56,915 nt of DNA from an uncultured Burkholderiales bacterium (GTDB taxonomy: Bacteria > Pseudomonadota > Gammaproteobacteria > Burkholderiales > Eutrophovitaceae), in the NCBI GenBank assembly GCA_965661885.1, contig CBFIFN010000001.1:1-56915 (forward strand), read 5' to 3'. Each line of letters opens with the position of its first letter. Position 1 is the stretch's first letter. The notes below the pieces were generated by a model. That model worked only from the letters and a program-made list of their open reading frames with translations. It had not been told where the DNA came from and did no database searches. This document shows, in pieces, positions 8,048-17,371 of the stretch. The position numbers and the translations under genes were made by a program.

Positions 8048-8536
8048 TTAGTGATTAGCAAGTTCGGCGGCTATCGCATCTATGCCAGCTTGAGCGCAAA
8101 TCCCGTCGTCACTTGCTGGTGCGCCAGAGACCCCGATTGAACCAATGTGTTCGCCGCTAGCGGTCATCACTGGAAGACCGCCCTCAAATGCAGCGACGCC
8201 AGGAACGTGTGCGATACCCGGAACTCGAGTCGCGGCTATCTCTTCAACGACTTTAGTAGAGAAAGGAAATCCGGCTGAAGTTTCTGCCTTAAGGATTGCG
8301 ATTTCAATACTCTTTAAAAACGCTCTATCCATGCGCTGGAAGTAAATTAGATTGCCACCGGCATCCATGATGGCGATGTTCATGCGCCAGCCCTCTACAG
8401 TCGCTCTTTTTTCACAGGCTTGCGCCATTTTTTTTGCCATATCCAATGTCATTACGGGACGCAATTCTACTGCGTTAGCGCTACTAAATAGCGCTGCAGA
8501 AAAAGACAAAATAATAAGATTAATAAATTTCTTCAT
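8048..8536 (-). CDS. GlcG/HbpS-like (DUF336) haem-binding/haem-degrading family protein with a signal peptide
   Basis: Signal peptide 'MKKFINLIILSFSAALFSSANA|VE'. 'AIMDAGGNLIYFQRMD...IAILKAETS' and 'IGSIGVSGAPASDDGICAQAG' are GlcG-family motifs. Confidence 0.7.
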   Translation of the reverse strand: MKKFINLIILSFSAALFSSANAVELRPVMTLDMAKKMAQACEKRATVEGWRMNIAIMDAGGNLIYFQRMDRAFLKSIEIAILKAETSAGFPFSTKVVEEIAATRVPGIAHVPGVAAFEGGLPVMTASGEHIGSIGVSGAPASDDGICAQAGIDAIAAELANH

Positions 8537-8607
8537 GTTTTTGCTCCTAAAATGTAGATTTTAAAAATCTCCCCCTGTGATCCTACTACATAATAACCTT
8601 GCGGCCG

Positions 8608-9948
8608 TTAAAGTACGTAGCGAGCGAGATCTTCGCTTTCTGATAGACCTTTGAGTCTCTTGTCAACGTATGCCACGTCTATTGAGATACGCTGTCCGTG
8701 CTTTTGCGACGCATCAAAGGATAGATCTTCTAGGAGTTTTTCCATAACTGTATAAAGTCGACGAGCACCGATATTTTCTGTTGACTCGTTAACGTGCCAG
8801 GCAATCTCTGCGATTCGTCGTATCCCTTCGGGTGCGAAAACGAGAGTGATATTCTCGGTTTGCATTAACGCTTCGTATTGCTTGCATAAACACGCATCGG
8901 TAGACGTAAGGATGCATTCAAAATCTTTAACGTCTAGACTTGTTAGTTCAACTCGGATTGGAAATCGCCCCTGAAGTTCGGGAATAAGGTCAGATGGTTT
9001 AGCAAGGTGGAAAGCGCCACTACCAACAAATAAAATGTGGTCAGTTTTAACCATCCCATATTTAGTTGAAACGGTGGTTCCTTCGACAAGAGGCAGTAAA
9101 TCTCTTTGAACACCTTGTCGCGATACTTCCCCTCCGCTTGTTTCTTGCCGACTTGAAATCTTATCAATTTCGTCTAAAAAAACAATACCGTTTTCTTCTG
9201 CGTTGGCGATTGCAGCTGTTTTAATTTCATCGTCATTGATGAGTTTGCTAGCTTCCTCCTCAGTGAGCACTTTCAGTGCTTCGTTAATTTTCAATTTTCT
9301 TTTTTTTGTTTTTTTTGCACCTACATTTTGGAACATGCCTTGTATTTGAGAAGTAAGGTCCTCCATTCCTGGCGGCGCAAGTATTTCCATTTGAGCATCA
9401 ACTTGTGCGATGTCAATTTCTATTTCGCGGTCGTCTAATTCTCCCTCACGAAGTCGTTTTCTAAACTTCTGACGTGTCGGATTTTGATTATCGACGCGCG
9501 TTTCATCGTCGTCATTGTCATCGAGCTCGCGGGCGGGCGGTAAAAGGACATCTAATATACGCTCCTCTGCTTGATCTTCAGCTAAGTGCTTTATTCGGAG
9601 TGTTTCCTTCTCTCTCATTTGTTTAATGCCGATTTCTATGAGGTCCCTAATAATGGACTCCACGTCTTTGCCAACGTAACCAACTTCGGTGAATTTGGTG
9701 GCTTCGACTTTAATGAATGGCGCATCTGACAGACGTGCTAAGCGCCTAGCTATTTCTGTCTTACCCACGCCGGTGGGGCCTATCATGAGTATGTTCTTGG
9801 GCGTAATCTCTGATTTGAGTGGCTCGGCGACTTGTTTTCTTCTCCATCGATTTCTAAGAGCGATGGCGACGGCTCGTTTTGCCGTGTCTTGACCTACGAT
9901 GTGTTTATCAAGTTCGTGAACTATTTCTTGCGGGTTCATATGAGACAT
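8608..9948 (-). CDS. hslU: ATP-dependent protease ATPase subunit HslU
   Basis: '[32 protein letters not shown]' and Walker A '[15 protein letters not shown]' are near-identical to E. coli HslU segments. Confidence 0.95.
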   Translation of the reverse strand: MSHMNPQEIVHELDKHIVGQDTAKRAVAIALRNRWRRKQVAEPLKSEITPKNILMIGPTGVGKTEIARRLARLSDAPFIKVEATKFTEVGYVGKDVESIIRDLIEIGIKQMREKETLRIKHLAEDQAEERILDVLLPPARELDDNDDDETRVDNQNPTRQKFRKRLREGELDDREIEIDIAQVDAQMEILAPPGMEDLTSQIQGMFQNVGAKKTKKRKLKINEALKVLTEEEASKLINDDEIKTAAIANAEENGIVFLDEIDKISSRQETSGGEVSRQGVQRDLLPLVEGTTVSTKYGMVKTDHILFVGSGAFHLAKPSDLIPELQGRFPIRVELTSLDVKDFECILTSTDACLCKQYEALMQTENITLVFAPEGIRRIAEIAWHVNESTENIGARRLYTVMEKLLEDLSFDASQKHGQRISIDVAYVDKRLKGLSESEDLARYVL

Positions 9949-9969
9949 ATTTATGTGGATTCGAGTTGT

Positions 9970-10512
9970 CTATTTAGATAGGACTTCTATCGTGTGGTTT
10001 TGATTAGTATAGATACATATGTCACCGGCAATTGTAAGTGCCGTTTTGACTATTTGTTCTGCTGTTTGATCTGAATGTTGTATTAAGGCTTTGGCCGCTG
10101 CTTGTGCAAACCCACCGCCACTCCCGATCGCTATCAATCCATCTTCGGGCTCTATCACATCACCGTTTCCCGTAATGATGAGGGACGTAGTGAGATCGGA
10201 GACTGCGAGCATTGCTTCGAGCTTTCTAAGAATACGATCAGTTCGCCAATCCTTCGCAAGCTCCACCGCAGAACGCAGCAGTTGGCCTTGGTGTTTTTCA
10301 AGTTTGGCTTCGAATCGTTCAAATAACGTGAATGCATCAGCGGTGCCGCCAGCGAACCCAGCTAATATTTTCCCTTGATATAGAGTTCGAACTTTTTTAG
10401 CAGTCCCTTTCATGACGCTATTTCCTAAAGTCACCTGTCCGTCACCCCCGATTGCTACTTGATCGCCCTTTCTCACCGAGATAATCGTTGTTCCGTGTAT
10501 TTCATATTTCAT
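9970..10512 (-). CDS. hslV: ATP-dependent protease subunit HslV
   Basis: '[26 protein letters not shown]' and '[15 protein letters not shown]'; located immediately upstream of hslU. Confidence 0.95.
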   Translation of the reverse strand: MKYEIHGTTIISVRKGDQVAIGGDGQVTLGNSVMKGTAKKVRTLYQGKILAGFAGGTADAFTLFERFEAKLEKHQGQLLRSAVELAKDWRTDRILRKLEAMLAVSDLTTSLIITGNGDVIEPEDGLIAIGSGGGFAQAAAKALIQHSDQTAEQIVKTALTIAGDICIYTNQNHTIEVLSK

Positions 10513-10599
10513 TTGGGGTCAATTCCCTTTTTTAAAAAGCGTTGTGTTTTAGTTTAGAGATGTGCAATTCGACGTATTGGTTTTACGACGTCACATTTA

Positions 10600-11244
10600 T
10601 CAGAGATCAACCAGCGCCGTCCCATGATTAAGATGGTTTGTTCGATTAAAACTTTTTAATGCAAAATTCCGCGTTTGGTGATTATAAATGAATTGATGTA
10701 TCGATCCATTGCTGATTTTGGGTTTTTCATTTTCGCTCATTGCACTCTTTTTCGCGAGACGCCAGAGAACATCAATGACTCCGCCGTGCGTGGTGATCAG
10801 TATATTACCCTCGCTAAATCGGCGATAGATTGTAGAAAGAGCGGATAGCACTCTTTGGCTAAATGCTTCCATGGTTTCGGCTCCCTCAGGCGTTGTTACA
10901 TACGATTTGTTTAGAAATGCTTTGAGATCGTTTTTAGCTTTTACTTTTGCGTCAGAAACTAAAAGGCCCTCTAAGACGCCTAATTGTCGTTCGCGTAGCG
11001 AAGAGTCCAAAATGATCGGCAGACGACCGTTTTGATTAGGTTGCGCCGTTTGTTGAGCCCGTATTAAATCACTACTGATTATCCCTTGAAATATTGTTGT
11101 ACTTAATGTGGACGCAACAGCTCGCGCTTGTGCAACGCCGGTGGCATTAAGTGGAACGTCAATTTGGCCTTGAATACGTCGAGTTAGGTTCCAATCAGTT
11201 TCGCCGTGGCGGACAACGGTAAGTTCTAAAATATTTTGTGTCAC
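10600..11244 (-). CDS. Histidine phosphatase (phosphoglycerate mutase) family protein
   Basis: N-terminal catalytic motif 'VVRHGETDWN' and a downstream 'THGGVI'. There is a 4-nt overlap with the xerC stop. Confidence 0.75.
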   Translation of the reverse strand: MTQNILELTVVRHGETDWNLTRRIQGQIDVPLNATGVAQARAVASTLSTTIFQGIISSDLIRAQQTAQPNQNGRLPIILDSSLRERQLGVLEGLLVSDAKVKAKNDLKAFLNKSYVTTPEGAETMEAFSQRVLSALSTIYRRFSEGNILITTHGGVIDVLWRLAKKSAMSENEKPKISNGSIHQFIYNHQTRNFALKSFNRTNHLNHGTALVDL

Positions 11245-12137
11245 GAATTCGGTTTTCTTTTAGCCCTTGGGTGGGTTTGGTCATATATCTTGGCTAGATG
11301 TTGCCAATCTAGATGCGTATAAACTTGTGTTGTTGAAATGCTGGCATGTCCTAACATTTCTTGAACGGCTCTTAAATCGCCGCTTGATTGCAGAAGGTGC
11401 GTAGCAAAAGAATGCCTCAACATATGTGGGTTTACGTTTTGTCCTAGGCCTTGTTTTTTCGTCCATTGCGATAGGCGATGTTGAATGGTTCTAGGGCTTG
11501 TTTGTCCTCCATTTTTATTGGGAAATAAAAACCCACTGATCGGCTTGTTAATATTTAGCCTCATATCCATCCACCGGTTGATCGCAAGAATAGCTTTTTC
11601 CCCCACAGGGATAATTCTTGTCTTGTTTCCTTTTCCTGTGACGCGAACAGTGCCCCCGTTAAGGTCTAGGTTTGCTAGCGTTACCGAGGATAGTTCACTT
11701 AAACGAAGTCCCGATGAGTAGCATAGCTCGAACATTGCTTGATCTCTGAGGCTCGCTTCTCCTTCTGTGGACATATCAAGCAATCTATGGATTTCGTCAG
11801 GACTCAATGCTTTCGGTAAAGTGAGGTCTTTTTTGGGTGCTTTTATACCAACGCAAGGATTGTTTTTGTAGCCTTTGCGTTCAATCAAAAAGTTAAAGAA
11901 GCTTCGCCAGGCCGATAAAGCTCTTGATAAAGTGCTTCCTCCTTGTCCTTTCGCATGTAATTTTCCAATTAATTTACGTATCTCGTGCGTTGCTACGCGT
12001 TCCAAGCTGGATGAAAATTCCTTGCTTAATAATTTAATATCTCTTGCGTAGCTTTCAACTGTCTTTTGAGACAATCGTCGTTCTTTTTCTAAATACGTCA
12101 AGTATTCGCTAATGGTCGTATGTTCGAAATCGTTCAT
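11241..12137 (-). CDS. xerC: Tyrosine recombinase XerC
   Basis: C-terminal 'HMLRHSFATHLL...GDLRAVQEMLGHASISTTQVYTH' holds the tyrosine-recombinase catalytic residues. The dapF-DUF484-xerC synteny is present. Confidence 0.85.
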   Translation of the reverse strand: MNDFEHTTISEYLTYLEKERRLSQKTVESYARDIKLLSKEFSSSLERVATHEIRKLIGKLHAKGQGGSTLSRALSAWRSFFNFLIERKGYKNNPCVGIKAPKKDLTLPKALSPDEIHRLLDMSTEGEASLRDQAMFELCYSSGLRLSELSSVTLANLDLNGGTVRVTGKGNKTRIIPVGEKAILAINRWMDMRLNINKPISGFLFPNKNGGQTSPRTIQHRLSQWTKKQGLGQNVNPHMLRHSFATHLLQSSGDLRAVQEMLGHASISTTQVYTHLDWQHLAKIYDQTHPRAKRKPNS

Positions 12138-12162
12138 TTTGAGATCACACTTAATTTAGACA

Positions 12163-12798
12163 TCAACTATTAGTTTCTGCGGCGGTAGAGATTAACTCTC
12201 CTATTATTTTCAGGAACTGCACATCCATATTCGGTTGAAATTTAAGTGAATCTGATGAGCTGAAAATCAAAACGCCAATTAGTTCGAGCGTAGATACAGG
12301 TACGTATGCCGAAGAATCGAGTAACCACGAACTTGTAAGGTGCTCTAGCTCTATTGGAGGTTCCGGAAAGCATTCTGGTTTTGACATTGAGGATATAAAA
12401 TTTGCGAATATATTCTCTTCAGCGGAGTTTTCCTTTGGCTCACGTGACACAGTAAAAATTCTGCATTCGTCTAGGTTGAAATGTTCGCAGAGTAAGGACG
12501 AAATTAGGTCAAAGCTAAGACTTTTTCTATCGACGCGTAGGAGGTTTAAAGTGAAATTTAATATCGATTCCCATTTTTTTTGGTTGCGTTGCGCATTGTT
12601 TATGAATTCGTTTATCTGACCCTCAAGAGTTCGGATTTTTTGTTGTAATTTCGGAAGTTGTCGACTTGACAGAGAGAGTACGTTATTGCCATGAATTTTC
12701 GGCTGTTCACAGTTTTGAAAAGAATTTAGTAAATCCTGATTATCGGTAAAGAAATCAGGATGAGATATCAAGTAGTCAATAACGTCAATCTTTTCCAT
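12163..12798 (-). CDS. DUF484 family protein (conserved partner of xerC/dapF)
   Basis: 'VIDYLISHPDFF' N-terminus and position between dapF and xerC. Confidence 0.65.
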   Translation of the reverse strand: MEKIDVIDYLISHPDFFTDNQDLLNSFQNCEQPKIHGNNVLSLSSRQLPKLQQKIRTLEGQINEFINNAQRNQKKWESILNFTLNLLRVDRKSLSFDLISSLLCEHFNLDECRIFTVSREPKENSAEENIFANFISSMSKPECFPEPPIELEHLTSSWLLDSSAYVPVSTLELIGVLIFSSSDSLKFQPNMDVQFLKIIGELISTAAETNS

Positions 12799-13634
12799 TA
12801 TGTTTTAACTTCGATCTCGCCATCAAAAACAAATGTTGCCGGACCCGTAAGGATGACCTCTTTTTCAGGACTGTCCCAGCTCACTGTAAGTTCACCTCCT
12901 TTTGTTAGGACGACACATGGGCTATCCAGTAAATTGTTTCTGATCCCATGGGTGACGGATGCGCAGGCGCCGGTGCCACATGATAGTGTTTCGCCAACCC
13001 CTCTCTCCCAGACTCTCAAGCTGACCCGCCGTCGTGCGCAAATTTCCATGAAATTAACGTTAACCCGTTCTGGGAATAAGTTATTATTTTCGATAGCTGG
13101 GCCAAGGGTGGCTACCGGTGCTGAGTCTACGTTTTCGGATATTAATATCGCATGCGGGTTGCCCATTGATACAACTCCAAATGTAACCTCCTTTTTATCA
13201 ATCAATAGTGAATAGTTTTGTTGTTCATTATTTGATAAAAACGGAATTTTGGAGGGCTTAAAGGCAGGAAGCCCCATGTTCACTGATACTGAACCATCAG
13301 GTTGTAGTCTCGGTTTGATTATCCCAGAGTTTGTTTCTACAACGATCTCTTTTTTTGTGCTTAGCTTTTTATCGTGAATAAACTTTACAAAGCATCTTGC
13401 ACCATTTCCACATTGACCGACCTCGCCCCCGTCCGCGTTAAAGATTCGATAAGAGAAGTCGACATGTTCATGTTCGCTATTTTCGACGACAAGTAATTGA
13501 TCGAATCCTATTCCTCGTTGGCGATCAGCTAATTGGCAGATTTGGTTGTTGCCAAGAGGGAACGGCTGCTTGGTCGCGTTAATGACCATAAAGTCGTTAC
13601 CAGCTCCGTGCATTTTTGTGAATTTAAGCTTCAT
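12798..13634 (-). CDS. dapF: Diaminopimelate epimerase
   Basis: 'FTKMHGAGNDFMVI', 'NADGGEVGQCGNGARC' and 'ETLSCGTGACA' carry both catalytic Cys motifs. Confidence 0.9.
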   Translation of the reverse strand: MKLKFTKMHGAGNDFMVINATKQPFPLGNNQICQLADRQRGIGFDQLLVVENSEHEHVDFSYRIFNADGGEVGQCGNGARCFVKFIHDKKLSTKKEIVVETNSGIIKPRLQPDGSVSVNMGLPAFKPSKIPFLSNNEQQNYSLLIDKKEVTFGVVSMGNPHAILISENVDSAPVATLGPAIENNNLFPERVNVNFMEICARRRVSLRVWERGVGETLSCGTGACASVTHGIRNNLLDSPCVVLTKGGELTVSWDSPEKEVILTGPATFVFDGEIEVKT

Positions 13635-13642
13635 TATTTACG

Positions 13643-14167
13643 TTAGTTCAGTGCTTTTGACATAATAAAATCGTCCATAACAAAACCCTTACCAATATCA
13701 ACAACCGCGTCACTTGTAGTTTTAAATCCAATGTTTTGATAAAACTTGATGGCCGCTGCATTGCCTTTATTGACTTGAAGCCACATTTGTTTAAAACCTA
13801 GCCGCGCATAGTAAGCGCCGGCAAACCTGATTATCGCATTGCCGCAACCGCATCTTTGGACTCGAGGATGCACGTATAGCTTATCAAGTTTCACGGTGAA
13901 CGTTGAGGCCTCCTCTTGAAAGTGTCCAAAACCCTGTGTCGTATCGTTAAGGCTGACCGTTAACCAAAGATCTTTAGTAGAACATATTAGCTTCTGAATT
14001 TCATTTACGGCATATTTTTGTTCAAGCATATATTCAATTTGCTTAATCGTGATTAAGCCGGGGTAGTGCAAAAACCAAATATCACGAGCGAGTTGGTATA
14101 TTTCTTTAGCGTCGTTGACTTTGGCCGGCCTAATTGTTGGCGGCGTTCTAGTATCAGTTATCGACAT
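13643..14167 (-). CDS. GNAT family N-acetyltransferase
   Basis: 'LYVHPRVQRCGCGNAIIRFA...' and 'NAAAIKFYQNIGF' form an acetyl-CoA binding motif. Confidence 0.7.
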   Translation of the reverse strand: MSITDTRTPPTIRPAKVNDAKEIYQLARDIWFLHYPGLITIKQIEYMLEQKYAVNEIQKLICSTKDLWLTVSLNDTTQGFGHFQEEASTFTVKLDKLYVHPRVQRCGCGNAIIRFAGAYYARLGFKQMWLQVNKGNAAAIKFYQNIGFKTTSDAVVDIGKGFVMDDFIMSKALN

Positions 14168-14196
14168 TAAATAGTTTGAGTTTGTGTTTTCAAAAT

Positions 14197-15069
14197 TCAG
14201 TCGTACATCGGCTCAGCGTCGCCTGGTTGTGTCTTAAACCTTTTGTGGACCCAATAATATTGTTCCGGCATTTTTTGGACTTGCTGTTCGATAAACTTGT
14301 TCATGATTATTGTGTCAGCTGTGAAGTCGTCAGAGGGATAATTGTCCCAAGCAGGGAAAAATTCAATCTTATAAGGTTTATTCGATTTAAATTGTTGGAT
14401 TGTAACGGGAATAACCTTTGCATTAGTCAGCGCCGCCAACCTGGGGACCGCATCGACGGTCGCAGCGATAACTCCGAAGAAAGGCACAAAAACTGCATCT
14501 TTTGCACCTAAATCCATGTCTGGAAGAAAAAACAGAGGCAATCTTGCTCTGAGCGCACGGACGACATGTTTTATGCCGTCTTGTCTTGATATCAGTTGAA
14601 TGTCACGAAACCTAGTTCTTCGAGATATCAAGAATTGATTTAGCACAGGATCCTTCTGGTTGCTATACATGGACTGTGCATTTTCCTCGAGGGATAATCT
14701 TATGCCGAGGACCTCAAGTCCAACAAAATGAGGAGCAAGCACGATGACAGGGCCTTCTCGTAACGCTTCGTCAAGATATTTTTTCCCCTTTATTGTCGCT
14801 AAACTTCTAATGGAGGATGCTTTTGACCACCACGCGATGGAAGAGTCAGCAATTGCTCTACCCAACGCGATAAAATGTTTTAACCGTAAGGTATTTCTCT
14901 CCCTGAGAGACAAATTTGGAAAGCAAAGCTTTAAGTTAATTGTTACGACGCGCCTTCGCTCTTTTGATAGCAACAAAAAGAGAAGTCCTAAGATGTGACC
15001 GAATAAACTTAAAGCCCTGCGAGGCAGAAAGTGAAGGACCCAAAGTATGGCTAATACCGCTCTAGTCAT
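14197..15069 (-). CDS. Lipid A biosynthesis late acyltransferase (LpxL/LpxM, HtrB/MsbB family), copy 2
   Basis: 'LAPHFVGLE' (HX4D/E-type acyltransferase motif), 'MPEQYYWVHKRFK' C-terminus and an N-terminal membrane anchor. It overlaps the upstream paralogue by 8 nt. Confidence 0.75.
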   Translation of the reverse strand: MTRAVLAILWVLHFLPRRALSLFGHILGLLFLLLSKERRRVVTINLKLCFPNLSLRERNTLRLKHFIALGRAIADSSIAWWSKASSIRSLATIKGKKYLDEALREGPVIVLAPHFVGLEVLGIRLSLEENAQSMYSNQKDPVLNQFLISRRTRFRDIQLISRQDGIKHVVRALRARLPLFFLPDMDLGAKDAVFVPFFGVIAATVDAVPRLAALTNAKVIPVTIQQFKSNKPYKIEFFPAWDNYPSDDFTADTIIMNKFIEQQVQKMPEQYYWVHKRFKTQPGDAEPMYD

Positions 15070-15973
15070 TCAAATTATCCTCGGATATGTTTTTATCGTG
15101 CCTATTTGGTGGAGGAAAGTTTTTTTTAAGGTGTTCAATTGATGGTTTTTTGTACCGGTTGTATGACCATAAAAATTGACTTGGATTTTTCTTAATTAAA
15201 AATTCTAAAGCCTTATTGAGTTGTCTTGATGGCGATTCACCCTCTGCTCGATTAGGTAAATTATGGAAGAAGAGCTCAAAACCACCACCGTTAGAAAGTC
15301 TGTTGGTCGCCATTAAAAGCACGGTGGCACCGCTTCTCTCCGCCAGGCGAGACCACATTGTCATAGTGTACGCAGGTCGTCCAAAGAAATCAGCCCATTC
15401 CCCGTCGCCTGATCCAGGCACTTGGTCAGGGAGGACGCCGATGGCCTCACCTCGCTTGAGGGCTTTGAGTAGCGTCCTTACGCCTGAGATATCTGTGGTG
15501 GCGAGCCGAATATTTTCCCGTTGCCGACCGATTTTAAGAAGCGGTGTTAGAAATTTTAGTTTCGGAGGCCTGTAAAGTGCCGTAAACGGAAAGTGCGTAG
15601 AAAGGTAATGCGGAATGATCTCAAAGCACCCGATATGCGGCGTCAAAAGGATCAAACCTTTTTTTCGTTTAAGCCCTAATTCCACGAGATCCCATCCGTG
15701 TACTTTTTTCATGAGCTTGGTGCAGCCATCGGCAGAAGAAAACCAAATATGCGGCGCTTCAGCCAACGCTTTACCGCTTTCTGTAATATTGCGTTTTACA
15801 AGTTTTTTTAAGTCATTAGTATTCGAAACGAGACCGCTTTTGGAAATATTGTCCTGCAACCTTTTTGCATACGTTGGTGATGATGCGTACATAAGCCACC
15901 CCAACGCCCAACCAAGCCGATGCAACGACTTTAAGGGTAAAACACTGATTAGCTTGATTAATTTGGCAAACAT
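15062..15973 (-). CDS. Lipid A biosynthesis late acyltransferase (LpxL/LpxM family), copy 1
   Basis: '[11 protein letters not shown]', 'LPDQVP' and '[13 protein letters not shown]' are family motifs. It is in tandem with the paralogue at 14197-15069. Confidence 0.75.
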   Translation of the reverse strand: MFAKLIKLISVLPLKSLHRLGWALGWLMYASSPTYAKRLQDNISKSGLVSNTNDLKKLVKRNITESGKALAEAPHIWFSSADGCTKLMKKVHGWDLVELGLKRKKGLILLTPHIGCFEIIPHYLSTHFPFTALYRPPKLKFLTPLLKIGRQRENIRLATTDISGVRTLLKALKRGEAIGVLPDQVPGSGDGEWADFFGRPAYTMTMWSRLAERSGATVLLMATNRLSNGGGFELFFHNLPNRAEGESPSRQLNKALEFLIKKNPSQFLWSYNRYKKPSIEHLKKNFPPPNRHDKNISEDNLND

Positions 15974-16051
15974 CTCGATAACATTTGGATTTCTTGGTGG
16001 GTTTTGATACCCTTTGACCCGATTTCTACATTAGTTATGGGACAAGTTGCT

Positions 16052-17215
16052 ATGCGCGAACATTTATTTACATCTGAATCCGTCTCGGAAGGGCACCCTG
16101 ATAAAGTTTCTGATCAAATATCAGACGCCGTTCTTGATGCTATTTTAGCGCAAGATCCAGTAGCCAGGGTGGCAGCTGAAACTTTGGTGAATACTGGACT
16201 TGTGGTGATGGCTGGTGAAATCACAACGTCAGCTAATGTGGATTTTCAGCAAGTTGCGAGAGATACCCTCAAGCGCATTGGCTACAACAGCAGTGATTTT
16301 GGAATCGATTACAAAGGTTGCTCGGTACTCGTGGCGTATGACAAACAGAGTCCCGACATTAAGCAAGGTGTGGATGCCGCGCATGATGATCCGCTTAATC
16401 AAGGGGCTGGCGATCAGGGATTGATGTTCGGATACGCTTGTGATGAAACTGACGTCTTTATGCCGTTGGCTATTCATTTGTCGCACCGGCTCGTTGAGCG
16501 GCAGTCTGAATTACGTCGTGATGGACGGTTGCCCTGGTTAAGGCCAGACGCTAAGTCGCAGGTGACGTTGCGATACGTTGATGGAAAGCCGCAGGCGATA
16601 GACACGGTCGTGCTATCAACGCAACATGCGCCCGAGATGGAGTTAGACCAAATCAGAGAGGCGGTCATAGAGGAGATAATTAAACCGGTGATACCAAATG
16701 ATCTGATCCAAGGTGAAATTAACTACCTCGTCAATCCAACCGGACGTTTTGTTGTTGGTGGACCTCAGGGAGACTGTGGTCTGACGGGACGAAAAATTAT
16801 TGTGGATACTTATGGCGGCGCTGCGCACCATGGTGGAGGAGCTTTTTCGGGAAAAGATCCATCTAAAGTGGATCGATCTGCAGCCTATGCGGCTCGATAT
16901 GTCGCCAAAAATGTGGTCGCTTCGGGCTTAGCGTCGAAATGTGAGGTGCAAATTTCCTACGCGATAGGGGTGGCTGAGCCAACAAGCGTTTCGGTAACAA
17001 CTTTTGGGACAGGACGTATCGATGATGACCGAATAGCCAAATTGGTAGCAGAGAATTTTGATTTGCGACCCAAAGGCATTGTACAAATGCTTAATTTATT
17101 GAGACCCATTTACGAGAAAACAGCCGCATATGGGCACTTCGGCCGTGACGAGCCGGAATTTTCATGGGAATCTCTTGATAAAGTTGAAACTTTAAAGGCC
17201 GCTTTAAAGTCGTAG
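16052..17215 (+). CDS. metK: S-adenosylmethionine synthase (start trimmed to ATG 16052)
   Basis: '[26 protein letters not shown]' matches the E. coli MetK N-terminus '[19 protein letters not shown]'. '[12 protein letters not shown]' and '[16 protein letters not shown]' are also present. Confidence 0.95.
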   Translation: MREHLFTSESVSEGHPDKVSDQISDAVLDAILAQDPVARVAAETLVNTGLVVMAGEITTSANVDFQQVARDTLKRIGYNSSDFGIDYKGCSVLVAYDKQSPDIKQGVDAAHDDPLNQGAGDQGLMFGYACDETDVFMPLAIHLSHRLVERQSELRRDGRLPWLRPDAKSQVTLRYVDGKPQAIDTVVLSTQHAPEMELDQIREAVIEEIIKPVIPNDLIQGEINYLVNPTGRFVVGGPQGDCGLTGRKIIVDTYGGAAHHGGGAFSGKDPSKVDRSAAYAARYVAKNVVASGLASKCEVQISYAIGVAEPTSVSVTTFGTGRIDDDRIAKLVAENFDLRPKGIVQMLNLLRPIYEKTAAYGHFGRDEPEFSWESLDKVETLKAALKS

Positions 17216-17231
17216 TATAATGAAATGTATT

Positions 17232-17298
17232 GCTGAGGAGCGTTGCGACTCTTCCGAAAAATCGGAGGGCTAGGCTCAGCACAGGAAACGACGCTCAC
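17232..17298 (+). promoter_or_regulatory. SAH (S-adenosylhomocysteine) riboswitch aptamer in the ahcY leader
   Basis: The sequence 'GAGGAGCGUUGCGAC...UCCGAaaaaUCGGA...AGGCUCAG...GGAAACGACGCUCAC' matches the conserved SAH-riboswitch core as I recall it. P1 'gagcgt' (17238-17243) pairs with 'acgctc' (17291-17296). There is an internal hairpin tccga/tcgga. The element lies directly 5' of ahcY, its classic target. Confidence 0.8.
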
Positions 17299-17334
17299 AA
17301 ACTAGAAACTGATTGGTTTGTGGGCTTTTTTATT
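17293..17334 (+). terminator. Intrinsic terminator / riboswitch expression platform
   Basis: A 10-bp stem, gctcacaaac (17293-17302) with gtttgtgggc (17316-17325, one G-U), is followed by TTTTTTATT. The 5' arm overlaps the 3' strand of aptamer P1, so the two structures are mutually exclusive. Confidence 0.6.
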
Positions 17335-17371
17335 GCCCATAGCTTATTTTTTTAATTTAGGAGGGCAGTAA

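Noticed and set aside
9970-10512. The HslV N-terminal extension ('MKYEIHG' before the catalytic 'TT'), considered as a mis-start or a pseudogene feature.
   Set aside because: A short propeptide ending in 'HGTT' is, to my knowledge, usual in betaproteobacterial HslV. The rest of the protein is intact.
16004-16051. N-terminal extensions in the ORF track: metK from 16004, mpl from 23637, ubiA from 42731, livH from 45513, purD to 51295, fis to 53194, dusB to 54194 and coxM-like to 38096.
   Set aside because: The extensions start at TTG/GTG or upstream codons and add residues absent from well-known orthologue N-termini. Downstream ATG/GTG codons match the conserved N-termini, and some have better Shine-Dalgarno sequences.
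15974-16051. A search for a SAM-type riboswitch in the metK leader. I made similar searches of the kup/ridA spacer (40127-40272) and the cytochrome c leader (43743-43849).
   Set aside because: I could not recognise any conserved riboswitch core or convincing nested helices, only short AT-rich stems. No structured RNA is claimed.
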